The notes beneath the pieces were generated by a model. The model did no database searches and had not been told where the DNA came from. It saw nothing but the letters and a program-made list of their open reading frames with translations. Below are positions 25,070 through 35,606 of a stretch of 64,000 nucleotides of DNA, in pieces. Positions within the stretch are counted from its first letter, which is position 1, and each line of letters begins with the position of its first letter. Made by a program: the position numbers and the translations under genes. Source of the DNA: Myxococcota bacterium (GTDB lineage Bacteria > Myxococcota_A > Polyangia > Nannocystales > Nannocystaceae); assembly GCA_039194325.1 (NCBI GenBank), contig JBCCWC010000001.1:160001-224000 (forward strand), written 5' to 3'.

Positions 25070-25287
25070 GAGGTGGATAAGGAGGGAGCAGTGCGCCCGA
25101 CCAGTCATTCTCTACAACGGCGTATACTCACCTTCCAGAACTAGCGCCAGATTCGTCGTTCGGCATCTTGGCTTCTTGTCAAGCAGAATGAGACAATAGC
25201 CAAATGCCTGGTACTCACAACTGGACAATATTCCAGCGAAAAGCAGGATCAAGCTCTTCGACATACAGAGCTGCTCCCTCTAAATAC

Positions 25288-25542
25288 TCACAAATAGTGC
25301 CGGATACCTAGTCGAATCCGATTAGTAAGGTCGGGATCTACAACCCGTGTGTGCAAGAACCGCTCAAGATAGATTTTTTCAAGCGACTTCATAGCTTCCT
25401 CATAATGATCTTTCAAGCATTGTTTCTTGACCGCTTCCGCTAGCAGCCGACATGTTTCATTAACATCATATCCACGACCTGATGCAGGCACATGTGTCAC
25501 CTCGTCGAACAGAACCTCCAACATTTCTTGATCAATCGCCAT
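25288..25542 (-). CDS. small hypothetical protein
   Basis: MAIDQEMLEVLFDE..., directly downstream of and in frame with the dTMP kinase gene. Confidence 0.55.
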   Translation of the reverse strand: MAIDQEMLEVLFDEVTHVPASGRGYDVNETCRLLAEAVKKQCLKDHYEEAMKSLEKIYLERFLHTRVVDPDLTNRIRLGIRHYL

Positions 25543-25581
25543 GAGCAGCACAAATGACCAGGCCGAACCTGCAAGTCCACT

Positions 25582-26268
25582 TTACCCGCAGGTCGCCATT
25601 TTAATTATCTCAGACGTCGCCCCCGCTTCGGGTGAACATTCCTCTGCTGCAAACACTCTATCCGTCAATCGTGAAAGTGTAGACCAGATTTCATCGTGAA
25701 TATCACCGATCGAATTTCTGCCATCAAGAACAAAACTGTTAACATCGTCAACATCCAATTTGAGAAAAATATCCCGCGCCAGCGCCAGCTCTTCCTCCTT
25801 CTCGAAGAGATCAGCCGAATCGCCTCGCTCTCGAATACGACGAAGCCCTGTTGCGGGATCCACATCGAGGATAACCAGGACATCAGGAGAGGGTGCGAAC
25901 GAATTTTTCTCAAGAATCTCTTCGGGATTCATCCCTCGAGCGCCTTGATAAGCAACTGTTGAAAAATAGTAGCGGTCGATAAGAACTATCTTTCCTTCTT
26001 GGAGCGCAGGAGCAATCACCTTCTGCACATGCTCACGCCTGTCATTAATAAAGGCAGCAAGCTCTTCATCTATTGTCATGCGTCTGGTCTGAGCAGACTC
26101 CCTAATCTTGCTCCCCCAAAATCCATCCGTCGGCTCCTTCGTCACAACATGAGGAACCCCGCAAGTCGTTAGCCGCTGCTCTAGCAGTCGGATCTGCGTC
26201 GTCTTGCCCGCCCCGTCGATACCCTCCATGGCTAGGAGGACCCCTCGCGTGCTCTTATGCCTGGCCAA
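25582..26268 (-). CDS. tmk: thymidylate (dTMP) kinase family protein
   Basis: EGIDGAGKTT, KEP, DRYYFSTVAYQG, PD...LDVDP; RBS AAGGAGG before TTG. Confidence 0.9.
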   Translation of the reverse strand: MARHKSTRGVLLAMEGIDGAGKTTQIRLLEQRLTTCGVPHVVTKEPTDGFWGSKIRESAQTRRMTIDEELAAFINDRREHVQKVIAPALQEGKIVLIDRYYFSTVAYQGARGMNPEEILEKNSFAPSPDVLVILDVDPATGLRRIRERGDSADLFEKEEELALARDIFLKLDVDDVNSFVLDGRNSIGDIHDEIWSTLSRLTDRVFAAEECSPEAGATSEIIKMATCG

Positions 26269-26584
26269 CGCCCTCCTTGATACAACAATCCCGACAACCG
26301 TGCTTCGTGCCTGAAAAACCGAACAATATTGAATATTTGTTCACTATGCCAAAACGTTTCAAAATCTCTCAGAGAACACGCTAGTGAAAATGCGCGATAT
26401 GCGCAGGTCGCCCAGAGGTGGCATCGTGTCCACGGTGCGCAGATAACACAATCAAGAGCGTGTGGCACGCGCCGTGCGCAAAATCCGCCGCGCTCAAAAG
26501 CGATTTCAAGGTTCCCTTGACGAACGATCTAGTCATTATATCGAGAGTCATGCTTTAGTTCGAGTACAGTACCGGCCCATCAAA

Positions 26585-28552
26585 ATGGAACCCTCACTAC
26601 AGACCCTGTCAGAGCTCATAAAGGCTGCACGTGAAGAAAAAGGTTATACATCGCAGAAAGAGCTCGCACTAGCACTTGATCCTCCGACTAATCGATCTGC
26701 AATCGCGCATTTGGAACAAGCGCGGAGACTTCCACCTGAACGCACACTGAGGTCAATCTGCGAGCACCTAAGTATACCCAGTGCGGCATGGCGACCTCTG
26801 CTAGAGCCAGAAGTTGCAGAACGGGTAAAGTTTGAGAGCGCTTTGTCCGAACTCGTCGGAAAAACGGTATCACTACGACAACACGATCACCACTCATCCA
26901 AAGTCGCTCATAAATGGGTGCTGAACCTATTTGGCACTGGGAACACAAAAGAGCAGCTCTACGACGCATTCTGTTCCGTATTAATATTCTATGGAGTTAA
27001 TAAGCCAAGCAAAGCTTTCTTTCAACACTACCTACCGCCAACAGCATTTCGAACAATTGCAATGTTCGAGAAGCATATTGAGCGCTACCAAGTTGAAGCG
27101 ATTCGGTTGTTTGCATCATTCGAGGAAGCATACCTTACGACTTCTCAAGCTGACGAAAAAGAGCTGGTTAAGATCCGTAAACCGTTACTTCCTCGACCTG
27201 ACGATCAATACAGAGAAAGAACTGAATGGAATGAGATAGAGGAAATACCAGAAAAGAAACTACCCGATCTAGGATACATATCCGCCAGCAGAATCAAGAA
27301 AGAACAAGCTGAGCGCAGATCGCTAAGTCAGTTCTTAGAGCAATTAGCAGAGAAAATTGAAGTAAACGGAAGGTTGGCTGTCGATGAATATCCAGAGAAA
27401 CGCCGCCGAAAAATTGGATCTTTGTTGCGAAAATTCAAATCCCTGCTCGCCCACGATCTATTGTCGCCGCTTTTTGCAGCTGACCCCGATGAGATCCGAC
27501 GTGAAGCTAAACGACTCGCACCAAAAGAAGTAGGAGATCTTCGCCGTATGGAAGAAACTCAAGCAACTGGACAGAGAAATCTATCATGCTACCTTTCCGC
27601 TGATCATCTAGATGTGTATGTCGCCACATCAATGAGATCTGACGCAGATTTCGTATCGGTCAATGCATTTGCCCGTAGTCTTTTCAGCCACGAGTCGATC
27701 AAGCCGCTCAAGCTTCGTTATTTCAACCCCACGCAATCATGGATAGAAGATCGCGTTGCCAAGGGCTTGGTCGAAGCTCTAATGCTCCGCAGAGCTGACT
27801 TTACTATCTACATGGCCCAGAAAAGCGATACTTTTGGAAAAGACTCGGAAGCATCAGTTGCATTAGGGTAAGGGAAACCTGTCATTGTCTATGTCCCACG
27901 ATTGCATGTACCAGAGGTTGATCTCGACTCGGAATTACTAGGACTGATGACACGGGGAGATCTACAGCATCTTGTAGAGAGTGCGGCGAAAGGTGACGAC
28001 GCAGACGTAGATGAAACCACAGATCAACAAGCTCTATTGTCCCAAATTTTGCAGATAAAGCTCTCTTCCGCAAGCGATGACGCTCTCAGAGGCGCAGTTC
28101 GTATACATTGGGCGGACTTCGATTTATATGGGGAAGCATCTCGAATCGAAGATGCACCGCTTAGAGCACAGTATCGGGCGTGGCTTGATACTGTCACGAA
28201 CAACGACGTCTCAGAGCCCGTGCCCGTCGGGATTCGCGACCAACTAGTTGGTATCCTCGTGGCGGTCGCGACCAATTTCGAGAAACGTGCAAAAATTTTC
28301 AGAGAAATACATCCTCTTGCATTGCAGGTAATCCTCAGCACCGGCGTACTAAACGGCATACTAGTTGCAAGATCCCTGGATGCGTGCGCGAACATCCTTG
28401 CATCACTACTGAGAAATGACCTTGACCTAAAGCTAGATCCAGGTGACGACAACTACAGACTGATTGAGAGCAGCACCAGATCGACCATACGTGTCATTTC
28501 AAGACACAAGCTAATCACGAATGCATTCTCAACCTTTTACCAGCGCGGCTAG
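26585..28552 (+). pseudogene. XRE-HTH + nucleoside deoxyribosyltransferase/TIR-like fold protein, interrupted by in-frame TAA at 27869-27871
   Basis: HTH (IKAAREEKGYTSQKELA...RSAIAHLEQARRLP); DVYVATSM, YFNP, ADFTIY, DTFGKDSEASVALG*GKPVIVY; ORFs 26462-27871 and 27902-28552 share one frame. Confidence 0.75.
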
Positions 28553-28611
28553 AGTCTTGACTAGACCACTATTTATGAACCCACCTAATGGAGGAATCGA
28601 AAGAGCCGTTC

Positions 28612-29088
28612 TCAGTCTCCCCACCCAAAGTCGGTGATCGCCACCGAGGCCCGCAGGTTCGCCGCCCCGCTCGCCCGCTTGGAGACCTTCTGTGGCAGCT
28701 CCCCGAGCTGCTCCAAGAGCCCCACCAGGTTCGCCCGAAAATACCCGGCGATGATGAGATCGTCCTGGAGCACGTTCATCGTGATCCCGGTGATCCGCGT
28801 CGGCTTCCCGGTCGGCGCGATCCCCCGCCAGGGCGCGGTATGCCGCCCGTCCTCCGTCCAGCGGTAGGCCACCACGTTCCCCTCGCCGATCATCTCGTGG
28901 ATCGTCAGCGAGAAATCCGTCTGCAGCCGATCCCTCGTGATCGCCTTGATGTACGCATCGAGCCCCAAGACCTCGCCCGGCGCGTGAGCCCGGAAATCCG
29001 GGTGCAGGTATCGGCGAGCCGCCTCGGGGTCGTTGTTCACCCAGACCTCGTCCAGGTAGGCGCGCACGATCTGCTTGGCGTCACTCAT
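28612..29088 (-). CDS. SnoaL-like ester cyclase family protein
   Basis: IGEGNVVAYRWT..GRHT.PWRGIAPTGK. Confidence 0.85.
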   Translation of the reverse strand: MSDAKQIVRAYLDEVWVNNDPEAARRYLHPDFRAHAPGEVLGLDAYIKAITRDRLQTDFSLTIHEMIGEGNVVAYRWTEDGRHTAPWRGIAPTGKPTRITGITMNVLQDDLIIAGYFRANLVGLLEQLGELPQKVSKRASGAANLRASVAITDFGWGD

Positions 29089-29122
29089 GAGGACCCAGTC
29101 ATCGTCCAGCGCCGCAAGCTCG

Positions 29123-30292
29123 TCAAGCCCCGCCCTCCGCCATCAGGTCACGTATGAGCCCCGCCGCATCCCCTCGGGCCATGGTCTCCCGCAGCTCAAC
29201 CCGCAGCGCCTCCGCTCGGTGGGGGTAGGGCGACTCCGGCGCCAGCACACGCTCGAGCGCGTCTTGCAGCGAGTCCTCGTCGAGGTCGTCGTAGTCAAGC
29301 GCGATCCCAACACCGCATGCCTCGCACAGCTCGGCCACCTGCGGCTGATCCAGCGCGAGCGGCGTGAGCACCGAGGGGATCCCGTGCGCCAGCGCGCGCC
29401 CGACCGTCCCCCAACCACCGTGGCTGATCATCAGGTCGACCTTGGGCAACAGCAGCGCGTGCGGAACGAAGGGAAGCACGATCAGATCCTCGCTCGCCGG
29501 CACGTCGAGCTCAGCGACCGCGTTGCCGGGGACGCTTATCAACGCCTGCACCTCGAGATCGGCCAGCACGGAGATCGCCACCTCGCGGATGTACGCCCCG
29601 CAGCCCTCGAGGGCCTCCACCGCCACGCTGCTCGTCGACAAGAGCACCGTAGGACGCGCTGGATCCAGCGCGTCGAGCTCGGCCGGTGGCTCGGTCGTCC
29701 CCGGGGGCCGCAGAAAAAGCGGCCCGATGTGTCGCGCCTGCGCCGGAACGAGCGCCGCGTCGAAGCTCGCCGACCACGTGCACAGCACCAACCAAGGCGA
29801 CAAGATCTGCTCGGCGGTCGTCACCGCCGAGGGCGGTAGCCCAAGCTGCCCCCGAAGGGGCACCGACGAGGCCAAGAACTGCGCCCCGGCCCCTCGCACC
29901 GCCGGCGTGTGCTCGGCGGGGGTGGTCGACAGGCTCGCCCACGCCCGTCCCGAGCGCTCGGCGGCCAGCGCTGCGCCCAGGCTGGTCGAGTCGGTGATCA
30001 CGGCCCCCACGTCGTCCCGACGCAGCACCCCGAGCAGATCCGGCGCGAGGCGGTGATCGAGCGCCGCGTACACGGCGGTCACATCTTCGGTAGAGGTCGC
30101 CCGATAGAACGCATCCGCCGCCCCGTCGGTCGGCGCCTCGACGAATTCGCACCCGACGGCCTCGGCCCGCGCTCGGGCCCATGCGTCCGCGTAGAAGATC
30201 ACCGACAGCCCGGCATCGAGCAGCACCTGGGCCAACGCGAGGTGCTCGAAGACATGCCCGGCAAATAAAAAGGACGCGATGACGACCTTCAT
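29123..30292 (-). CDS. GT1/MGT-family glycosyltransferase
   Basis: AGHV N-terminal motif; FVPH, SHGGWGT, DQP. Confidence 0.88.
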   Translation of the reverse strand: MKVVIASFLFAGHVFEHLALAQVLLDAGLSVIFYADAWARARAEAVGCEFVEAPTDGAADAFYRATSTEDVTAVYAALDHRLAPDLLGVLRRDDVGAVITDSTSLGAALAAERSGRAWASLSTTPAEHTPAVRGAGAQFLASSVPLRGQLGLPPSAVTTAEQILSPWLVLCTWSASFDAALVPAQARHIGPLFLRPPGTTEPPAELDALDPARPTVLLSTSSVAVEALEGCGAYIREVAISVLADLEVQALISVPGNAVAELDVPASEDLIVLPFVPHALLLPKVDLMISHGGWGTVGRALAHGIPSVLTPLALDQPQVAELCEACGVGIALDYDDLDEDSLQDALERVLAPESPYPHRAEALRVELRETMARGDAAGLIRDLMAEGGA

Positions 30293-30420
30293 CGAGGGGT
30301 CCTCACTCTCACGTTCCAGCATAGTCTCCCACCACGACCCAGCGGAGGACCAGCGGATCTCGGGTTCGGTGGGCAGCAACCCCCCGAGGGTCGGCGTACC
30401 ATGGTAGCGGGCCCTCGGTC

Positions 30421-33141
30421 ATGATGTCGCTCGTTCCCGCTCCCATTGCGACCGCACTCGAAGGGATGCTCGTGTCCGTGCCGGCCGCTCCCACGCCTTC
30501 GGCCACCACCGCGACAGCGACGCGCGCCTATCGACTTGGCTGTCGCGGTCGACGAGCAACGGGCGAACGCCATCTGCTGGCGCTGCTCGACCACGCCGAC
30601 GCCCCCGATGGCTACACGCGACTGTTGCTGGGCATGCTCTATCGAGGCGGTTGCCAGCTGGCCAAGGCGACCGCGCAGCTCGATCGGGCGATCACCAGCG
30701 GGAAGCTGGCCGGTCAGGCGCTGACGCTGGCCTGCACGATGCTCGTCGACACGCTGGCGCAGCAAGGCGAGCTGGCCGCCGCTCGCGTGGTGCTTACCCG
30801 GGCTCCGCCCGACGAGCCGCTCGTGCGTGCGGTCTTCGAGCTGGCCCAAGGAGAGCTCGACGCTGCCGCCGATCGCCTGCGCCTGGCGGCCGCTCGGGCC
30901 GCGGCCAAGCACCGATGCCAGCGGCTGTGGGCCCTGTTGCTGCTGAGCAACGTGCTCCTCGACCAACAGGATCTCCCCGGAGCGGCCAACGCCCTCGAGC
31001 GCGCGTCCGACTTGCTGCCCCGTCGCGGCCGATTTGAAGAGACCTACGTGCTCGCGCTGACCTCGTGGCTGCGCCTGGAGGCGCTCCGGGCACAGACGCA
31101 GCCGGCCGACGGATCATCGCTGCGACGCGCTCAGAAGTCCGCGGCCATATACACCACGTACTACCCGCGCTACCGGCGACTATGTGACGCCTTCATCGCG
31201 CTAGAGCAGAGCCGTCGCGGTCGACCCCCCAGCCTGGAGGCGGCCGAGAAGCTCGTGGCGGATCTCGAGTCGTTGGGCTGCGTCCTCGATGCGGGGCGAA
31301 TCGCCGCGCAGTGGGTGCGACGGGTCGACGGAGAAGCGGAGCGGTTCAACCACGCCCTGCGGCCCCGCGCCATCGACCTGCTGCGACGGGCCGGCGCCGC
31401 CGGCTGGCTCGAGACGATCGAGCGACGCGATCGATCGTCGTCGATCGACCCACCCACCGTGGCTCTCGCGCGCAAGACATCGAGCTCTTCCTCCGATGGA
31501 CAGTCGTACGACGCTCCCACCGTGACCATCAATCGCGGGGCCGAGACCTCGCGTTCCGGCGAGCAGGCCAACGACCCACCGACCGTCACCTTTCGCCGGC
31601 ACGAGGTCGACGTATCGGCCCTGGTCACCCCGACCAAGATCACCCGAGCCGGGGATCCGCTCGCCGGGCACGACCCCGCCCCGAGCGATTCGCTCACCGT
31701 GAGCATCGACCGCGGATCCGCCCCTGGCCATCGTGACCAGGTGGCGATCGAGACCCTCTTCGCCGTCAATCGGGCGATCTCGGCGAAGCTGAACATCGAC
31801 GAACTCCTACAGGAGCTGCTGACTCGGGTCAGCGACGTGCTCCGAGCCGAGCGCGGCGCGGTGTTCTGGTACGAGGGCGAGCGCTTCCGCAGCGTGGCTT
31901 CCCGGGGATTCGGTGAGTCCGGTGAGTTCGGTGAGTTCGGTGAGTTCAGTGAGTCCGGCGAGTCCGATGCGGTCGAGCTCGCGGTGTCCCAAACCGTGCT
32001 GCACGACGCGATCGAGAAGCGGCGAGTCGTGCGGACCGACGATGCCATGCACGACCAGCGCTTCCGCGACGCGGCGTCGATCATCGCGCCGGGCGTGCGC
32101 TCGGTCTTGTGCGCCCCGCTGGCCACCCCCAAGCGTGTCTACGGCGCCCTCTATATCGACACGATTGCGCGCGTGCGGGCCTTTACCGATCTGCACCGGC
32201 GCTTGCTCGAGGTGTTCGCCAACCAGGCCGCAGTCGCCATGGAGAACGCGGTCGCTTTTCGCGAGATCGCCGAGCTCAACGCCGACCTCGAGCACAGGGT
32301 GGAGCAACGCACCGCCGATCTTGTCCGCGCCAACGAGCGGCTGCAAGACACGCTCACGACCCTCGAGCAGACCGAGCTCCAGCTGCTCTCGGCCCGCAAG
32401 GAAGCGCTCGAGGCTGAGATGCGCACGGCCGCCTCCTTGCAGCAAGCGATCATCCCCGGGCGCGAGATCATCCGGGAAGCCGGGGTCGCCTTCGTGGGCA
32501 TCACCGAACCCGCGTCGATGGTCGGCGGAGACTTTTGGACCTACCGTCGCTTCGGCAGCGATCGGGTGCTGCTATTGATCGCGGACGTCTCGGGCCACGG
32601 GGTGGGCCCCGGAATGCTCACGAGCTTCGTGGGAGGGTGCTTGACGACCCGGTCGCAGCTCGGATCCGACATCGGCCCCAGCGAGCTGCTCGAACACCTC
32701 TCGGCATCGATCCACGAGGCGGCCGACGGTCAGCTGTGGATGACTGCACTGGCGTGCTTGTACGATCGCGCGACCCGGACCCTCCGCGCCGCGAGCGGGG
32801 GGCACGTGCGGGGGTTCTTGCTGCCCGCCAACGAAGACTCGCCCCAGGCGGTCGGCCAGGTCGGCACCGTGCTCGGGCTCGACGAGCCGCCGAGCTTCCA
32901 GACGGTCACGTTCGAGGTGAGCGCGGGGTCCCGCCTGCTGCTCTACACCGACGGCGTGGTGGAGTGCGAGAACGATCGAGGTCGGCCCTACGGCGCCCGG
33001 CGGCTGGTCAAGAGCCTGGTTCAACGTCGCGGTGAGCCGCTCGATGACACGGTCCGCGGGATCATCTCGGACTGCAAAGCATACTGCGGCGACATCGCAC
33101 AGGAGGACGATCTCTCGGTCGTCCTCACCGAGTTCGAGTAG
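30421..33141 (+). CDS. helical N-terminus + GAF + SpoIIE/PP2C phosphatase
   Basis: RSVLCAPL...GALYID, VGGDF, ADVSGHG, YTDGVVE, EDDLS. Confidence 0.9.
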   Translation: MMSLVPAPIATALEGMLVSVPAAPTPSATTATATRAYRLGCRGRRATGERHLLALLDHADAPDGYTRLLLGMLYRGGCQLAKATAQLDRAITSGKLAGQALTLACTMLVDTLAQQGELAAARVVLTRAPPDEPLVRAVFELAQGELDAAADRLRLAAARAAAKHRCQRLWALLLLSNVLLDQQDLPGAANALERASDLLPRRGRFEETYVLALTSWLRLEALRAQTQPADGSSLRRAQKSAAIYTTYYPRYRRLCDAFIALEQSRRGRPPSLEAAEKLVADLESLGCVLDAGRIAAQWVRRVDGEAERFNHALRPRAIDLLRRAGAAGWLETIERRDRSSSIDPPTVALARKTSSSSSDGQSYDAPTVTINRGAETSRSGEQANDPPTVTFRRHEVDVSALVTPTKITRAGDPLAGHDPAPSDSLTVSIDRGSAPGHRDQVAIETLFAVNRAISAKLNIDELLQELLTRVSDVLRAERGAVFWYEGERFRSVASRGFGESGEFGEFGEFSESGESDAVELAVSQTVLHDAIEKRRVVRTDDAMHDQRFRDAASIIAPGVRSVLCAPLATPKRVYGALYIDTIARVRAFTDLHRRLLEVFANQAAVAMENAVAFREIAELNADLEHRVEQRTADLVRANERLQDTLTTLEQTELQLLSARKEALEAEMRTAASLQQAIIPGREIIREAGVAFVGITEPASMVGGDFWTYRRFGSDRVLLLIADVSGHGVGPGMLTSFVGGCLTTRSQLGSDIGPSELLEHLSASIHEAADGQLWMTALACLYDRATRTLRAASGGHVRGFLLPANEDSPQAVGQVGTVLGLDEPPSFQTVTFEVSAGSRLLLYTDGVVECENDRGRPYGARRLVKSLVQRRGEPLDDTVRGIISDCKAYCGDIAQEDDLSVVLTEFE

Positions 33142-33162
33142 ACCGAGGACGCAGGAGCACAC

Positions 33163-33663
33163 ATGAACTCGGGACCCCACCGCCTGACCAAGGCCATGAC
33201 CTGGACGCTCGAAGAACGCGTCGAGGCGACGTGGGTGCGACTGAGCGGGGCGGTAACCGGACAGGCGGACTTCGAGACGCTCTTGGCCCAGCTCGGTCCG
33301 GGGCCGGTGATCGTCGATCTGTCCGGCGTGACGCGCCTCAACTCCATCGGGATCCGCCATTGGGTGGACTTCGCGACTCGGCTGTGTAGGGGGCGTCGCG
33401 TCGAGCTGCGGGATTGCTCACCGGCGTTCGTGGAGCAACTCATGCTCATCGAGCACATGCAGGGGAACACCGAGATCCGTTCGATCCAACTGCCTTTTTC
33501 GTGCGAGGCCTGCGATCACGGGTACGACCAGACTCTGGCCATCACCGAGCTGACCGAGCTCCCCTCCACGACCCCATGTCCCCGATGTGCGACCCCTAGC
33601 GAGCTCGACGACTTGCCCGAACGCTACGTCCCACTTTTGCACCGTCTATCGAAGGAGCGTTGA
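33163..33663 (+). CDS. STAS-like protein with C-terminal zinc ribbon
   Basis: VDLSGVTRLNSIGIRHW; CEAC...CPRC...LDDLP; paralog of 10029-10505. Confidence 0.8.
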   Translation: MNSGPHRLTKAMTWTLEERVEATWVRLSGAVTGQADFETLLAQLGPGPVIVDLSGVTRLNSIGIRHWVDFATRLCRGRRVELRDCSPAFVEQLMLIEHMQGNTEIRSIQLPFSCEACDHGYDQTLAITELTELPSTTPCPRCATPSELDDLPERYVPLLHRLSKER

Positions 33664-33768
33664 GGCGAGGCGTCGTCCCGACAACGCCCATCGTCGAGCC
33701 GCGAGACTGCCCTCGCTCCTACACCGCCCGCGGTAGAATCCCACCGGGTGAGCTGCTAGGGTCGCGGG

Positions 33769-34650
33769 GTGATCCTCGTTGTTGGAGCTACAGGGTTGGT
33801 GGGAAGCGAGGTCTGCTCGATTCTCTCCGGAGGCGGACACCAGGTGCGTGCGCTGACGCGCTCCACGTCGGATCCCGGCAAGAAGGAGCGCCTGACCCAG
33901 CTGGGGGCCACCTGTGTGGAGGGTGATCTCAAAGATCCCGACTCACTCACCCGGGCCTGCGAAGGCGTCGAGGCCGTCGTGACGACCGCCTCGGCTACGC
34001 TCGACCGCCAAGACGGCGACTCGCTGCAAACCGTAGATCATGAGGGGCAGCTCGCTCTGGTGGGCGCGGCCATCGGAACCGGCGTTAAGAAGTTCGTCCA
34101 CGTGTCGGTGCCGCTATTCGAAGGCCTCGACATCCCGCTTGGCACGGCCAAGCGCGCGGTCGAAGATCGCCTGTACGAAAGCTCGCTGGACTACACCGTC
34201 CTTCGCCCCAACTACTTCATGGAGGTTTGGCTGGGCGCGGCCCTGGGCTTCGACCACAGCAACGCCAAGGTCACGATCTACGGCGAGGGCAACAACCCGC
34301 TGAGCTGGGTCTCGTTTCGGGATGTCGCCGCCGTCGCGGCCAAGGCCGTCTCCCACGAGTACTGCCGCAAGGGCACCTTCGACCTGGGTGGTGATCCGAT
34401 CTCGCCCAACGACGTGATCGCCACCTTCGAGCGGGTGAGCGGCCGCACCTTCGAGGTCACCCGCATGCCGCACGCCGATCTGAAGGCGCAGTTCGAACAG
34501 GCCGAAGATCCCCTCCAAAAGACCTTCTGCGGCCTGATGTACGCCTATTCCCAAGGGGTCCCGATGGACAGCGCGGGGCTGCTCGAAGCGCTCGGCCACA
34601 CGCTGACCACCGTCGAGGACTACGCCCGGGCCGCCAGCACGGCCTCGTGA
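33769..34650 (+). CDS. NmrA-like/atypical SDR NAD(P)-binding protein
   Basis: VVGATGLVG, LRPNYFME, VSFRDVA. Confidence 0.88.
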   Translation: MILVVGATGLVGSEVCSILSGGGHQVRALTRSTSDPGKKERLTQLGATCVEGDLKDPDSLTRACEGVEAVVTTASATLDRQDGDSLQTVDHEGQLALVGAAIGTGVKKFVHVSVPLFEGLDIPLGTAKRAVEDRLYESSLDYTVLRPNYFMEVWLGAALGFDHSNAKVTIYGEGNNPLSWVSFRDVAAVAAKAVSHEYCRKGTFDLGGDPISPNDVIATFERVSGRTFEVTRMPHADLKAQFEQAEDPLQKTFCGLMYAYSQGVPMDSAGLLEALGHTLTTVEDYARAASTAS

Positions 34651-35588
34651 AGCTGGTGAATGGCGTGCTTTTGGGCGATCGCTCCGAGCTCGAGACCCGG
34701 GGGATCGTGTTTCCCCTCCGGCTGCTGCCCGCGACAGAAGGCAGGGGCGACTATCTGGCCGAGTACGAGGAGTTTCAGGCCCAAGCGCGGCAGCGGCGGG
34801 GTCGCGAGATCTTCGTCAAGGCCCACCTGGTCTCGCGGTTCTTCGACGATCTCGTACACCACGAAGGGCTGCTCGACTTCGTGGAGGCCGTACTCGGCCC
34901 AGACATCGTGCTGTGGGAATCGGACTTCTTCGAAAAAGCGCCGCACACCGAAAAGTACGTGGGCTGGCATCAAGACACGCCCTACTACAACCTGTCGACC
35001 GAGCGCGTGCTGAGCGTCAACCTGGCCCTCACGTCGTCGGATCGCAACAACGGGTGCCTGAAGGTCGTGGCGGGGACGCACGGGCGGGGGACGATCGGCT
35101 CGATCCCCGGCGCTAGAGACGACATTCTGGGTCAACTCGCCCAGACCGACGAGCGCGACACGCCGCCGGACAACATGCTCCGGCTCGGCCAAGCATTGGA
35201 CTTCGAGATCACTCCTTCCATGGAAGAGCTCGTCGAGCTGCGCCCCGGTGAGGCTTCGGTCCACTTTTCTGGGCTACTCCATGCGTCGGGGCCCAATCGT
35301 TCCGATCGCAAGCGCGTGTGCTACGTGATGCGCTTCATCTCGGGGGATACCTACTGCAAGAGCGGGAAGGACTCGGCCATGCTCGTGCGGGGGCGAGTGC
35401 ACCACGATCGCTTCGAGCTCGAGCCTCGACCGAAGGCGAGCTTCGACGACGAAGCCCTGGCCGCCCTGGAGCGAGCGGTGAGCTTTCCCAGCGGGTTTGC
35501 AGACGCCGGGATCAAACGGCGCTTGGAGACGGCGGCCGCGGAGACCGCCACGACCGCGACCGCGACCGCGAGCACGACCGAGCGCTGA
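34647..35588 (+). CDS. phytanoyl-CoA dioxygenase (PhyH) family Fe/2OG enzyme
   Basis: WHQD, NGCL.VV.GTH, LHASGPNRS..R; GTGA overlap with the upstream gene. Confidence 0.88.
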   Translation: MKLVNGVLLGDRSELETRGIVFPLRLLPATEGRGDYLAEYEEFQAQARQRRGREIFVKAHLVSRFFDDLVHHEGLLDFVEAVLGPDIVLWESDFFEKAPHTEKYVGWHQDTPYYNLSTERVLSVNLALTSSDRNNGCLKVVAGTHGRGTIGSIPGARDDILGQLAQTDERDTPPDNMLRLGQALDFEITPSMEELVELRPGEASVHFSGLLHASGPNRSDRKRVCYVMRFISGDTYCKSGKDSAMLVRGRVHHDRFELEPRPKASFDDEALAALERAVSFPSGFADAGIKRRLETAAAETATTATATASTTER

Positions 35589-35606
35589 CTCGACGAGCGG
35601 ACAGTC

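Larger units (their letters stand above)
25090..28600. mobile_element. low-GC island (approximate boundaries; no integrase or att repeats seen)
   Basis: Abrupt switch to A/T-rich codon usage between two high-GC genes. Confidence 0.65.

Noticed and set aside
25090..28600. Retron or prophage
   Set aside because: No reverse transcriptase, integrase, phage genes or terminal repeats visible
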